A stretch of 64,000 nt of DNA from Vitrella brassicaformis CCMP3155 (taxonomy: Eukaryota; Protista; Chromerida): the NCBI GenBank assembly GCA_001179505.1, contig CDMY01000368.1, positions 1-64,000 on the forward strand, given 5' to 3'. The first letter of the stretch is position 1, and each line of letters opens with the position of its first letter. A program made the translations under genes and the position numbers. This document shows, in pieces, positions 1 through 12,105 of this stretch. The notes beneath the pieces are model-generated. The model had not been told where the DNA came from and made no database searches. It saw only the letters and a list, made by a program, of their open reading frames with translations.

Positions 1-1080
1 GCCCTCGAGAGATGAGGTCCTCAGGAAACAGACCCGCCCGCTGCTGTGTCCGAGCATCGGCCGCATGATGAGCGTGGGACGACACTTGAAAAGCATTCCA
101 GCGCATCAGCGCGACCGAAAACACTGCCCCCAATGGTTCATGACACCCTCATGAAAAAATGCACGGTCTTCTGTAGAGCTGGCGGGTGGGGGGACGCGCC
201 GCTGCGCCAGACGGCGAAGCAGGGTGAGGGTCTCGCCACCCCAACGGCCGAACGTCTCCGCTGCTAGGGGCACGAAGGTGTAGCCTTTCTGCCGACAGTT
301 GGCACCGTACTTGCGATCTTTGTCGCGCTCCGCCCCTGCAGCTGCAAAACCGCCCGGCCGACGTGCGTTGCTGCGGTTGACCTGGGTGTGGTGGGCCGTT
401 GAGTTCTCGGGCCGACACGGATGGACCACCGTGACGTCGCACAAGACACCTTCGCCGTTGATGGAGAAGAAGAGGTCCATGCGCTGACTGTTGGGCTGGG
501 CGTTTGGGGGGGTGATGTCGAGAGACCGCAGGGGCACTTCGGTGACAGCCGTGATGCCCACCTCCGCAAGGATTGCCTTAAAGACGTCCAGCAGGGTGTT
601 GTGCTTGAACACGCGCTCCGCCGTCGCGCGGCTGCAGAGGAAGAAGTGGTCGCCCAGGGTGTCGATGCTTGCTCCACACGTGCATGACGGTGCGAGGCTG
701 GCGAGAGGGAAAGTGATTCCGAGGGTGAGGGCCGTAGCGAGGCGGTAGGCGTAGTCGTTCAAGCACTTGCGCTTGTCACCTCGGGTATATGCGGGGATGG
801 CCGACAACCAGCCAGACGACAGAGGCCCCAGGCAGGAGAGAAGGCGGCATCGATCACGGCTGCCAGCCGGGAACGACTCAAAGAGGGTGTCGAAGTCTTT
901 CTGCGCAAGAGCGGCAGAGATCTTCTGCTGCAGCCGGGCCTGCGGGCGTGCGATGAGCTGCGCGAGAGGGGGGATGGCGACAGAGGGGAGGGATGCGGAG
1001 AAATCGATGCAGGCGGATGCCGCCGAGACGAGCCATTCCAGCTGGAGAAGAGAGGCTTCTCGAAGCTTAACCCCGAAACC
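1..1080 (-). mobile_element. 5'-truncated non-LTR retrotransposon, CRE/SLACS-like clade (post-RT region, Zn knuckle, restriction-like endonuclease); no RT core upstream in the window
   Basis: Intron-free minus frame open from ~1080 to 106: RLLSCLGPLSSGWLSAIP...YRLATALTLG, CTCG-x6-DHFFLC-x9-KHN Zn knuckle, RMD..DVTVVHP..ERDKDRKY..FVPLAAETFGRWG RLE motifs. After a 1-nt shift at the A-run 118-121 it continues SVALMRWNA (CRE-like SVALQRGNA terminus) and runs off the window start. Confidence 0.85.
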
Positions 1081-1085
1081 CTAAA
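1069..1085 (+). repeat. Short telomere-like motif AACCCCGAAACCCTAAA at the 5' truncation point of the retroelement
   Basis: One perfect CCCTAAA unit plus one degenerate unit, located where retroelement coding similarity stops; may be coincidental coding sequence (GFGV). Confidence 0.35.
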
Positions 1086-1163
1086 TGACCGTAACTGTCG
1101 ACGTTAACTGAGGACGCCTCCCTTCACTCAGCCTGCCTTCCCTGAGGCCCTCGCATTCGGAAC

Positions 1164-4100
1164 ATGGCCCTGCGCGTGGTTGTTTGCGGCCTCCTACTGC
1201 TGTCGTTCCTTCTCGTGAGTGGTGGCGCTCCCGCCGACAGCGATAACTCAACCATTGGTACGCACAGCTCATAAGCGAATTGGCACGCATGTGCTTCTCT
1301 GCACTGCTGCATGCCATGTGTGCGATCATGCATCTGTCTGTCTGCCTGTCTGTCTGCCTGTGCACCATCTGTCTGCGGTGGCAGCTGAGCAAGGGGATGA
1401 GTTCACCACCACCTCCAGGTTGAAAGGCGGCTTGGCGGATATCGCTGCACTTGCACTCAAGTTGGGCGAAGAACTCACCGAGCATCCGCTCTGGCAATTG
1501 TAAGCTGCAACACACGAAGAGGGGGGAAGGATGTGTATGCCCGTCATGTTCAGGTATGAAGATAATGGCTTCATTGTTGACGAAGACAAGTGAGTCATCG
1601 TGCACGAAGCGGTGCAGACCCTCAGATACTTGATCCTTCCTGCCTGCCGTGTGCACTCAGGGTCTCCATCTTAGCGACGCCCATCCCCGGTGCGTCGGCG
1701 TCGACGCTCCTGGCTGAGCTCGTGCCCCTGGGCTTCGAAGGTCCGTTCACATCGCGATGGACTACCTGTGTTTCTGTATATAGGCGTCTATTGTGTCTGA
1801 ACACGTGCAGGTGTAGCGAGCGCCGCTGGGGGACTGGTAGGAGGTGCGATGCCCGCTGCGAACCTATACAAGCTTGACGATCCCACGGTGGTCCCTTCCC
1901 TCTTCTACGCGAGCCCAGCCGGCAGCGATTCCGACACTACGAGTTCGCGGAGGCGTCGGAACCTACAAAAGGATAATGCTGAGAGCGGCGGCAATGCGAC
2001 CTCGGAGCAACGTGATGCCGCCTGTCTATCGACGTGCTGCCGGGCTAGTGACACCACGGTATTGCGGCTGAAAGCACTCGATACCGCGCACATCCATAGA
2101 TGCATGCATGGCGACGCTGTTGGTGTACGTGTGTCTCATGTGTGTAGCCTGGCGGTGGCGGTCCGGCGCTGCCTGCTCGCGGCGGTGCTGCGCTCACGCA
2201 AGGCGACGTAAGCAGGGAACAGGAAAAGGCAGGGATGTATTCACAGTGTTTCGCTAAGCGTCGCATAAACATCCACAGATCGCGATGGGCGGAGACGTCG
2301 TGCGAGAGTGCCTGGCGGTAGATGGAACCGGTGAGGTGGTCGGCGTCATATCTGATTCCTTCAATCGGGTTACATGACACTAACACACACCCGCGCATAC
2401 GCAAGGGAAAAGACCTACACACATGCGTCTCTGTGTGTGTATATGTATGTGTTTATAGGTGCCCCTCGTCACGACCTACGCTGCCGACATAGCAAGCAAT
2501 GATCTCCCTGCGGGCATCGATCTCACGCTCGAGGGTGCTGCGGGAGCCGTCGATGAGGGACGCGCGATGGCCCGTACGTTGCTGCATTACATATGGACGT
2601 ACATATTGGATATGTATCGTCTCTCTCTCTCTCTGTGTATGTGTGTGTCGATGGGATGTCAACCCCCAGAAATTGTCGCGTAAGTGGGTTTGGCCGACTC
2701 ATCCCCTGCTTGCCTGCGGACACCCTGTGTGTCCGCTGTACATGTCTTTGCTCTTCTTCTGTCGCTCTGCGCATGGAACAGAGATATAGCGCCGGGCGCT
2801 ACTATAACATTCGCCACCGCTGGAAATAATCCGACCACCTTTGAGGAGAACATCCGCACTTTCGCCGCGTTGCCTGGAGGTCGGTGAAAACACACACCGA
2901 GTAGATGCCTGATTACCCATATCTATATCCTGCTTGTATGCCTGTGTTCAGGCGACGCATCGCTAGGCAATGTGATCCCGCCTGCGACCGTCATGGTTCA
3001 TGACATATGGGGTAGACCGGAGCCTGCGTAAGTCTGACTCATAGACACACAGAGAGGGAGGGTAGGGAAGGCCAATGCTCGGCCAATGCTCACATACGGC
3101 CAATGCTCACATACCTCTCACTCGTGTTGTGTGTAGGTTTCAAGTAAAGTCTACTCTTCGGACGCACACATCCTGCAACCCTGCGCGTGTGTATGTGTGT
3201 ATGTGTGTCCACACGGACGATACGTTAGGATGGCCTAGTCAGCCGGGCGATTAATGAAGCGGTGGCAGCGGGCATCCCCTTTTTCACGAGGTGGCCACAG
3301 CATGAGAGACTGAACACGTCAGAACGATACGCGAGATGGAGTGTTGTCTGTTGCAGCTCTGGCAACATGGGCGAGATAGCGTACACCGCCCCCGGTTTCC
3401 GACCGGCGCCTTCTGGAGCCGGTGCTGGAGGTATGCATAAATGCACAGAGGTAGATGTGTATGCCCATTCGTGCCTTTGTCTCGTACAAAATGTATGTCA
3501 GCTAACTCGGTCTTCCACGACTTTGCCACCGCCGGTCCCGAGGACATTGATCTTGATTTTGTGGTTCGGCCTGGGCTACCTGATGCGATGGGCAATTGTC
3601 GACGCAGATATATCTTCTACCTATAGTAGGCGGTGCTTCGACAGTAATGGATTTGAACTCTTTCGCTTGTGTGTGTGTGTATTTTTGTGTGTATGTAGTT
3701 GGGTATAGGAGTGGATTACCAGTCAATCAATCTCTGCATGCTTTATTTGACTGCCTGTATGACAGAATGAGCCGTGGATCGTGCATGGCAACACTCCCCC
3801 TGCTGTCGGCAGTCGCGTGGACATGAATCTACTGATCTTCCGGTAGGAAGACAGGGACGTGCTCGTGCACACACGAGTAAGGCATGCATGTGCGTGGACT
3901 AATGGGTGCAGGCGCAATGCGGCTGGCAACTATGCGCAGGCGGAAACAATTGCGGGCACAATTACTGTCCAACAGGGCAACACTATGAGTGGAGGCGACA
4001 ATCCTCTTGATCAAGAGGACCCTTACGGTATTGTGCCCATATTTTCTTAAAAGTTCAGGTACACAACTAAGTAGCCCTTGTTGCATTCTTCTGATTGTCT

Positions 4101-7100
4101 GCAGAGTTTGCCTCTGTGATCAACACAGCATGTGTCGGCAACCTCGACCTCAGGTATGACAACAATCTAAAGTGACTGACTGTCTGATTTATTCAGCCAC
4201 TGATGGATTGTCTTTCAGTTTGCGCATTGAGTGGAGGACGAACACAGGTCCCCAAGATGCTGCCGGCAACCGCCTTCCTCCGACTTACGTCAGCACAGCA
4301 CTCTCACACACACACAAACACAAACGCAAACATACAATGTCATGCATCCTGTCAATGTTGAACGCAGATGAAGATCGTAGGTCACAACAATAATGGCGAC
4401 TACGAACGAAACCCTTTGAATGCTGGCGTTGCGGAGGTTGAGTTGTCCTCCGCCAGCGCTACAGGTGTGTTTGCATGCTGCGGATCTGGCTTGAGACAAG
4501 AGAGTGTGTATGTGTAGGCTCGAGACATAGCCGCTTGGGCGCCAGCATTGCTTCCATGAACTACGTATGTATAGCACACGACACACCGCACACGAGCGAC
4601 GGACATCCTTAAGTGCTGCTTTCCGTCACCCTTCTGTTCCTTTGCAGGACAATTTCGATGTGGTGGGCCCTCTTTGCTTGACTTGGCTGTACACGGTCGA
4701 CTTCGAGTCAACCGTGTACATCTGTCTCTCTGTCTGTGTGTCTCTGTGCAGTGCATAGGAGCCACTCCGGGCAGCAATAATCCTCGTCAGCCTGCATGGG
4801 ATACGGGAATGCACGGGACGCCGATCATCTTTCTGGAGAACGGGAATTGTGTCGCAACTGGCGCACCCAGGTATGTGCATCTTATTTTAACACACATACC
4901 ATAATCGCATGTCTGACTCCGCATATGCTGTTGAGCAGGCCAAATGACGGGTATTGTCCAGACCCGATGGATCCGCGCCTGCAGCCTCTTGTGACTGCTC
5001 CCCATGGAGTTGACACAACACACTTCGCAACTCGGGACCGTGACAATACGGGCGCTCTGCCTGTTGACATTCCCCCCTTTACGCCCAATCGAAACTTCTT
5101 CGGAACTTCGTAGGTGCGGGAGGAGGGCGATGTGTGCATGTATGTGGTCGGCGTCTGTCTCTGTGCGTGTAGTGCGGCGGGTCCACATGTTGCTGGCTTG
5201 GCTGCTTTGCTGCGCCAACACGATCCAACGCTCACTCCTGCTCAGTATGATCGCCGTACACAATGCATATATCCATGGATACCACACAGGAATGTCATTG
5301 CTATGCGTGCAGGATCTACGAGCGCATAGCATCGAGCGCCGTGGACATAATTGACATCGACTTGCCGGCGAATTTCCGCCGAGCGCCCGACAACGTCAAC
5401 GGCCCACAGCCCGGCTCTGCAAATGCCAATGCATTCGATTTTGTCACCGGAGCGGTCACTCACCTCACGATCGATGATGTGGATGTTGATTCTTGGTTGA
5501 TTGCTTTCTCAGGGTTTCGTGACGTCTCGTGTTGGAGGTCTTCCTCTGGAGCTTGTCGACGTGACTCCGACGGGAGTGGTGGGCACACCAGTCCTCACCG
5601 TCGAGCTCACCTTCAACCAAATTAATGTCGTGCCGATCGGGGCCAATCCTACGTTGCAATGTACGAATCAATGAATGGATGGGATGAGATGGGTGTATGG
5701 CGGGGTGGTGCATGTAGCACATAAGGGTATGGTTTCTTGTGTGTTGCATCCATGCAGTGCGGGGCGACTTCCAAGAAATCGACCCCTGCGAGGTATGGCT
5801 ACAGGCGTGTTCATGTGTCCATGCATATTGTCAGCTAGTCAGGCTACACAATGACTGTGTCTCCATGCTGTAGGCACGAGACCCGGATATCGTTGAGATC
5901 GACATCGATATCAATGCCAACGTACGCACGCAGCACGATTATTTGCGCCTCTTCTGTCCGACCGTGTTGGTTCTCATGAATTGCGTGTGTTCAGTGCACC
6001 AGCGCCAACGTAGCGGGCCAGACGGTCTTTACGTGCACCATTCCGGGCGGAGGCATCACAGACACGCGTGGTCTGCGCTGGGATATACTGGCAGTGGGCG
6101 ACACCAACTTCGAGGGCTGTGTCGGCGACGCTGCCACCCTGCCCACGCCGATTGGCGAGTTCTGGACTCGAGGTGAGGGTACGGGAGGCCGAGTGGGTGC
6201 ACACGAATCGAACGAGCACACGCAAGTCTTAATCTTGTGCTACCCGCAGACACGCGTCCGCCTGAGGTGGTGTTGACCAGTCCGGCGAACGGTGATGTGA
6301 GAGTGCCCCTCGATACCGGCGTTGAGGTGGTATTCGATGAGGTCGTCGTTCTGGATCAGCCCGCCACCGTCACGTATGCGCACACATGCATGCATCCACT
6401 GATAGGTACATCCGTGCATTCATTTTGTGTGCACAATTAGGTTGACGGCGACATGGGTGGAGGAGGACCCCTGCGAGGTGTTCAAGTTGCCTTCCCCGCC
6501 GATCGAGATTCCGCTGACTGCCAGTATGTTCACCGCATGCACGCTGACCATCCCCATCCCTCCCCCCGGCCTGCAAGGAGACGGCTTCAGATACGAGGTC
6601 AATATTCCCAGGTACGTATCTACACAAACCACTTGCTGCGCGTCCTCATTGTTGTCTGTGTGCAGAGAGGGCATTCGCGATGACCGTGACGTCGGCCCGC
6701 CCCCAACCATCAACGGCCGCAACAACCCTGCGTCAGACGTCCAGATATCCTTCACAGCGGTCGACGTCGTCCCTCCTCGCGTCGGCCACTTCAATCCCAT
6801 CCAATCAGCAGTGGGTATCCCCCCTGACACGCAGATTGTCATGACGTTCGACGAACTCATTGCTCTCGGCAACGTCCCGCTGGGCAGCGGCATCTTTCTG
6901 CACCCCGACGCATATTTGGACAGTGGCGGGCGCAGCCTGCCGCCACTCGAAATCAGCGCTGAGGATGTGGTGGTCGATCGGTGCACGCTGACCATCAACC
7001 CACCCGTGGATCTGCTCAACGGTCGTGTCTACACTGTCATTGTCGATGAAGGTGGGTGGATTCTATGAATGCACAGCTAAGGACGGGCTCTTGTACTGGG

Positions 7101-10092
7101 GCTCTCTTTCTGTTTGCTTCTCTCGGAAGGTGTGGTGGAGGATGCTCCAAGTCAGGTGGGCAAGTACTCGATTGTGTCTTGATTCCTTACCCAAGGATCC
7201 TTGCCTGGCTTGTCAATCGTGGCTTGTTGATGCAGGCGCCCACGCCATTGAAGGTCCCGAATGGTTTCGCAGGGCTGGTGCTTCCAGGCACAGATGAACC
7301 TGGACAGGTCAGCGAGCACCTCTGGAATCACTCAGCTGATTTGCGCGTCAACGGCTTTATCTTTTATCTGCGCAGGCTGACTCGTACCAGTTCATGACGG
7401 CCGGCTGCCCCGGTGCTGTCCCGACATCGGACTACATTCCCACGCTACTCAACACTAAGGTATATACATGTGCTGCGGCGCACCTTCGCTCACTGCCTTT
7501 GTGTTGTGTGCAAATAATTGTGCACCCATGCAGTGCTTCGGCAGCATGGACTTCAAGCGCGGAGTGAAGACAAAGGCTGAAGGCGAGCATGCGTCGAATG
7601 AGGGCATCACTCTTATTGTCGGCGACCAGACTGTGCTGCGCCACGATGCCAATGCCGATGCGTAATTAGCAGCCTTCCACCCACAACACACACAGGGATG
7701 AGAGGTCTTTGCGGTGTGCCTGCCTTCTACAGATACAGCGCGCAGCGCGCCGCAGAGAGTGTGTCCCCGTTGGGTCTCATCGCAACACTTGCGTCCGTCG
7801 ACAATGCCGAGGAGCAGGTAGCTCACTGCACACGCGCGCACGCGCACGCACCCAGCCGTGTACGAACTTGTTTACGACGTCAGGCGATCATCCAGCGCCT
7901 CCTGACGGCGCTGTCAGCGGCCAAGACGGAGACCAATGCGTTTGCGAAGGCGGTCCTACCCTCGGGCGTCGACGATGCGTTGGCACGCCTTCCATTTGGA
8001 GACATCAGAGAGGCCCTCAGAGGGCTCGATCTCGCTGACCTTGTGCCCACGGACGTCCAGGCGCTGCTCGATCTTTTGCCAGACATCGCGATCCCAGGCT
8101 TCGATGACAAGCTGGCCTGCTGGATTGGCCTCAGACGGGCGGCCAAGAACGGAGATGGTCAGCCATGCATTCATATGATCAAGGTTGGCGAGGCGGCTGG
8201 TTATTGTGTCTCTGTCGCTCCCAGGTGAGTTTGACTGGATGGACTCGACGCCTTTCGACTTCAGCGACTGGAAGGACACCATACTGCCCGACACCCTGGA
8301 GGAGGCCATCCGTGACATGAAGGATTGCGTCAAGGTATGCCTCCTGCAGTCTCTCGCGCATCCTGCCACGTACACACATGAATGAATACTCACTTGTGCA
8401 GGCAAGTCTGGACGATGGCTGGTATGGTGACCACTGCTTCAACAAGCTGCCCTGCAGGTACAAATGCATGTACGTAAAGGTCCACCGGCTCCGTGGACAG
8501 CCCCCCCCCCCCCCCCNNNNNNNNNNNNNNNNNNNNNNNNNNNNNNNNNNNNNNNNNNNNNNNNNNNNNNNNNNNNNNNNNNNNNNNNNNNNNNNNNNNN
8601 NNNNNNNNNNNNNNNNNNNNNNNNNNNNNNNNNNNNNNNNNNNNNNNNNNNNNNNNNNNNNNNNNNNNNNNNNNNNNNNNNNNNNNNNNNNNNNNNNNNN
8701 NNNNNNNNNNNNNNNNNNNNNNNNNNNNNNNNNNNNNNNNNNNNNNNNNNNNNNNNNNNNNNNNNNNNNNNNNNNNNNNNNNNNNNNNNNNNNNNNNNNN
8801 NNNNNNNNNNNNNNNNCCCCCCCCCCCCCCCCCCCTCCCCCACACACACACCTTTCTTCTTCGTGTCCGTGCGATTGTATGCAGTCTCGTGTCCATCAAG
8901 CTGCGTCAGCCCGTGCTGTGCAATGTCATGCGCACGAAAGGCTTCCTGCCTGACGCCGCCACACCCTATGTCGACAATCCCTTCAATACGCAGTGGCAGT
9001 GGTATGTTTGTTGGCCGTGTGCAGGCGCACTTTGCTGGCTTCGCTCATGCATGTGCGCTGTGTGTGCTCGTGATCGTACAGGACCGGTGAATTCCTGACT
9101 GGCAGCAGCTTGGATGTGAAGCAGACGTATGGTGGCATGGTGTTTCGCAACAATGTTCTGAATCTCAACCTCTACTTCTCAACCGCAGGCATCCCGACAC
9201 TCGTGAGCGTCCGCTTCACGCATAGACCAAACACATACACCAAAAAACAGAGACACGAGTGTGCTATGCAGGCCTCTGGCTCGTGGTTCATCGACGACAA
9301 TAAAGACCCTGATGACGGCTTCCTCCTACGCGGCGACCTGACCACTGCGAGCGGTGCGCCCGTGGTGTGGGTGGACCCCGGCAACAATGTGGCGCAGGAG
9401 AGTGGCGCGGTGTTCTGCGACATGAGCTGCTATGAGGCGGGCCGCGAGTTGGTGACGGCGACCATCGCCACTGTCGCGGCGCCTCACGCGGTGGCGTGCC
9501 AGGAGGCCTGCCAGGCCAACGCCGCTTGCACCCACTTCACCTTCACGGGCGAAGAGTGCTTGCTCAAGGTGGATCCGCACGTACATTGATGCGGAATTAT
9601 GTGCATGCTCTTCCTGTCTTCCTCTGTCTTTCCCATGCATGTGTACAGGCTGCCGGCGACAAGTTCCGTCTTCAGGGCTTCCCCTACGTCAGCGGGCCGC
9701 GCACATGCCCTGACATACTATGCACTGCGTCGCCTGCCGCTGGGTGCCCTGACGACACCGCTGAGCTGCCCGTTGCTGCCATCATATCCCCGCCAGAGAC
9801 GTGCTGCGGCATCCCACGGCCCGATGAAGAAGCCAATCGGTGCTCGCTGCCGCCCGCACAGGTACATTAGAAGACCCGTACACATACGTGTACACATCCG
9901 GTTGTGTGTGTGCAGTCGCTGGAACAGTGTGACGTGGGTTTCACTGCGTATTCCTTTGACAGTGGTGAGTGTGTGGAGCGCCCGTACGGCGGGTGCGGCG
10001 GCAACCGCAATCTCTTCGTCAGCTCTCATGAGTGCCGCGCCGTGTGTGAGAAGAAACGCTTCCTGGCTGCGGCCAAGGAGGGCACTGCCTAG
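1164..10092 (+). CDS. Secreted multidomain subtilase (S8/S53-like 'DEGRAM' family) + ~3 SbsA/Big_5 Ig-like domains + C-type lectin + PAN/Apple + C-terminal Kunitz/BPTI domain; >30 exons, spans N-gap 8517-8816
   Basis: Signal peptide MALRVVVCGLLLLSFLLVSGG (ATG 1164). Spliced motifs DGTGEVVGVISDSF (Asp ~2354), DEGRAM (2552), DIAPGATITFATA, SSGN (~3360), FFGTS|AAGPHVAGLAALL (Ser codon split by intron 5110-5171), FDFVTGAG. DTRPPEVVLTSPANG..VVFDE and PPRVGHFNP..MTFDE (Big_5). LASVDNAEE..WIGL..FDWMDSTPFDFSDW..DCV..WYGDHC (CTLD). CQEACQANAACTHFTFTGEECLLK (PAN). RCSLPP..CDV..GECVERPYGGCGGNRNLFVSSHECRAVC (Kunitz), stop 10092. Confidence 0.85.
3070..3114 (+). repeat. Intronic short tandem repeat, 3 copies of GGCCAATGCTC(ACATAC)
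   Basis: Copies start at 3070, 3081 and 3098. Confidence 0.8.
8517..8816. other. Assembly gap (300 N) flanked by poly-C on both sides
   Basis: Run of N with C homopolymers at both edges. Confidence 0.98.
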
Positions 10093-12105
10093 ACAGACCG
10101 TCTGTGAAAGGGCAGCCCGTATGTGGGACTGACCTTCAGAGGTGGATTTTGTAGGTCTTTTTTATAAATGGCGTACATTTGTAGCGGCCACTTCGTGCAC
10201 ACGAAGTAGGCACCTCATCCATACGTACTGATGACGAGTAGATAGGTGTACGTATGGATAGGATGTCTCAGTGTCTGATTTGTGGCGAATGTTTCTCACT
10301 GCACTTTCTATGTGGAAGGCAGGATACGCAATCTCCCACAGCGAAAGCACATACGCGTACAGCCTGTGGGATTTTTCGGTGCCTGTGTGTGAGCAAGGAG
10401 GCCCCGCGGATATATCCGGGTATGCATGTCCTTCTGTGTCCTGACATATGTGTTGGCTCTCTGCGCAATTGTTGGCTGTGTTGGATGTCATCTTGCCCCA
10501 TTGCGCGGACACCTGATGAATTGCATATATGACTGCTACGAATGTCTCGCCCGCTACACTTCAGGTGCGTTGCTTGCTGATGTTCGTGCATTGAATATCG
10601 TGACCGTCCGCAGCTGTATAGCTCTTGTCTGCGGATATTGTCTCATGCTGCGCTTCGCCGGGCTGTCTGGCGCCCGCGTCTTTTTCACCCTGTCTGTGTC
10701 CCATGTCTTTGTCTCTTGCTGCTGTCATCGATTCCACCCGTGAGATGTCCGCACTTGCCTCATACGATGTGTCATACTGAGGTGGGTTTTGTCCCCGCTA
10801 CGTTCCTTTCACTCATGTCACTTTACTATAATGCCAAGCGTGTTGCGTCGCTGCCTATCCCTGACGTGTCGTGTCTGTGTACGCTGCATGTGTATGATGA
10901 GTGGAATAAGGTTGCGTGACTGCTGCTGAGTGATCCGTTCATGCGTGCAATGCAGTGTCCTTTCCTTTTCGATGTCGGTATGTATGAGCAGATAGCCGCG
11001 CCAGAGCAATACCTGCGTATGGATATTGAGGCGCTTCTGGCGTCTCTGTTGCTCCTTTGGCGTGTGCACCAGTGGATGAAAGTAAGGGGTGTCTTGCGTG
11101 GATGTTTCCGCCTAAGTATATGGAAGCCAATTGGCGTCTGCACTTAGGGAAGCAATCGTATGTCATCCCTGCACAAAATGATTTGATTCATGCTGATTTT
11201 GCCAATGTGTCGTCATTTTTAGACGGCCCGTGCACAACGCTCAGCAGCGGGGTACGGCTGTGCTGTGGCCGAAGATGAAGCAGCTTCGTGCTTGTGTAAG
11301 TGAATGGTCTGCAATGAAATGGCGTTCTCTGAAATGAACCCGATGTGGGACATCGATTGCTTGCAAGAATTGGACAGCGTGTGTCTTCGTCGTTTGATGC
11401 ATTGTCTCTGATATATTCATGGCCATGCCGTTCCATCGCCACCTGCTGTATACATCCATGGTATACGTAATCTTTATCCCAGCTGCTGGATGCACGGTGC
11501 ACTCCTGATGCCCTTCGTTCATTACATACACTCTCACTCCGCTATGTCTCACTCTGCTATGATGGGAAACAACACACCGGGGTCACGTCCGGGGTCCACA
11601 CTGCATGTCTCATGGCTTGTGAACACACGTAATATGCATCAGAAGTGAAAGAGCTGTTATCCGCATATCGCGAGACTAATCCTGCTCACCATCTGCGGTC
11701 TGCTGCGTGCCGATCCGCGCACATGCAGTGCACGTGCCGATCTGCGCACCTAGGGGGAGAGTGCGGCGAAAGGCTGCTGCTTCGGCCGGCAAGCTGGCCC
11801 TCCACTCAGAAAGCTGAACAGACGCTCAAAGCCAGCCAGCGAGAGAAAATAAAAGTCGGTTGTGCCTCAATGAACGAGAGACCTTAATCACTGAATCCAA
11901 GCACTCAATTGCCGTGCGCGGCGCCTTCTCTGGCGCCCTGAATGGGAGGTGTGTAGCGACACGCGTATGTCCGTCGAGAATCAAGATAATTTGCGTCTCA
12001 TTTGTTATTTCTTGCTGCGCTTTGGCAAAGGCACTAGGGGCTGAAGGCAGGAGGGGATTCTGTCTGATTTCCTGACTTCTCTTCATTCTACTTCGCCTTT
12101 TTCAG

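Noticed and set aside
3070-3114. CCAAT-containing triple repeat as a regulatory or CRISPR-like array
   Set aside because: Intronic, 11-nt units, no unique spacers; a simple local tandem duplication.
8179-9098. ORFs of 130-220 aa containing X runs (also 28062-28674 and 31628-32218)
   Set aside because: Artefacts of translating through N gaps and poly-G/C.
10093-11900. Possible hidden gene in the 1.8 kb spacer (also 14050-15200 and 30130-33100)
   Set aside because: Only short ORFs without GC3 bias, motifs or coherent splice chains; treated as UTR/intergenic.
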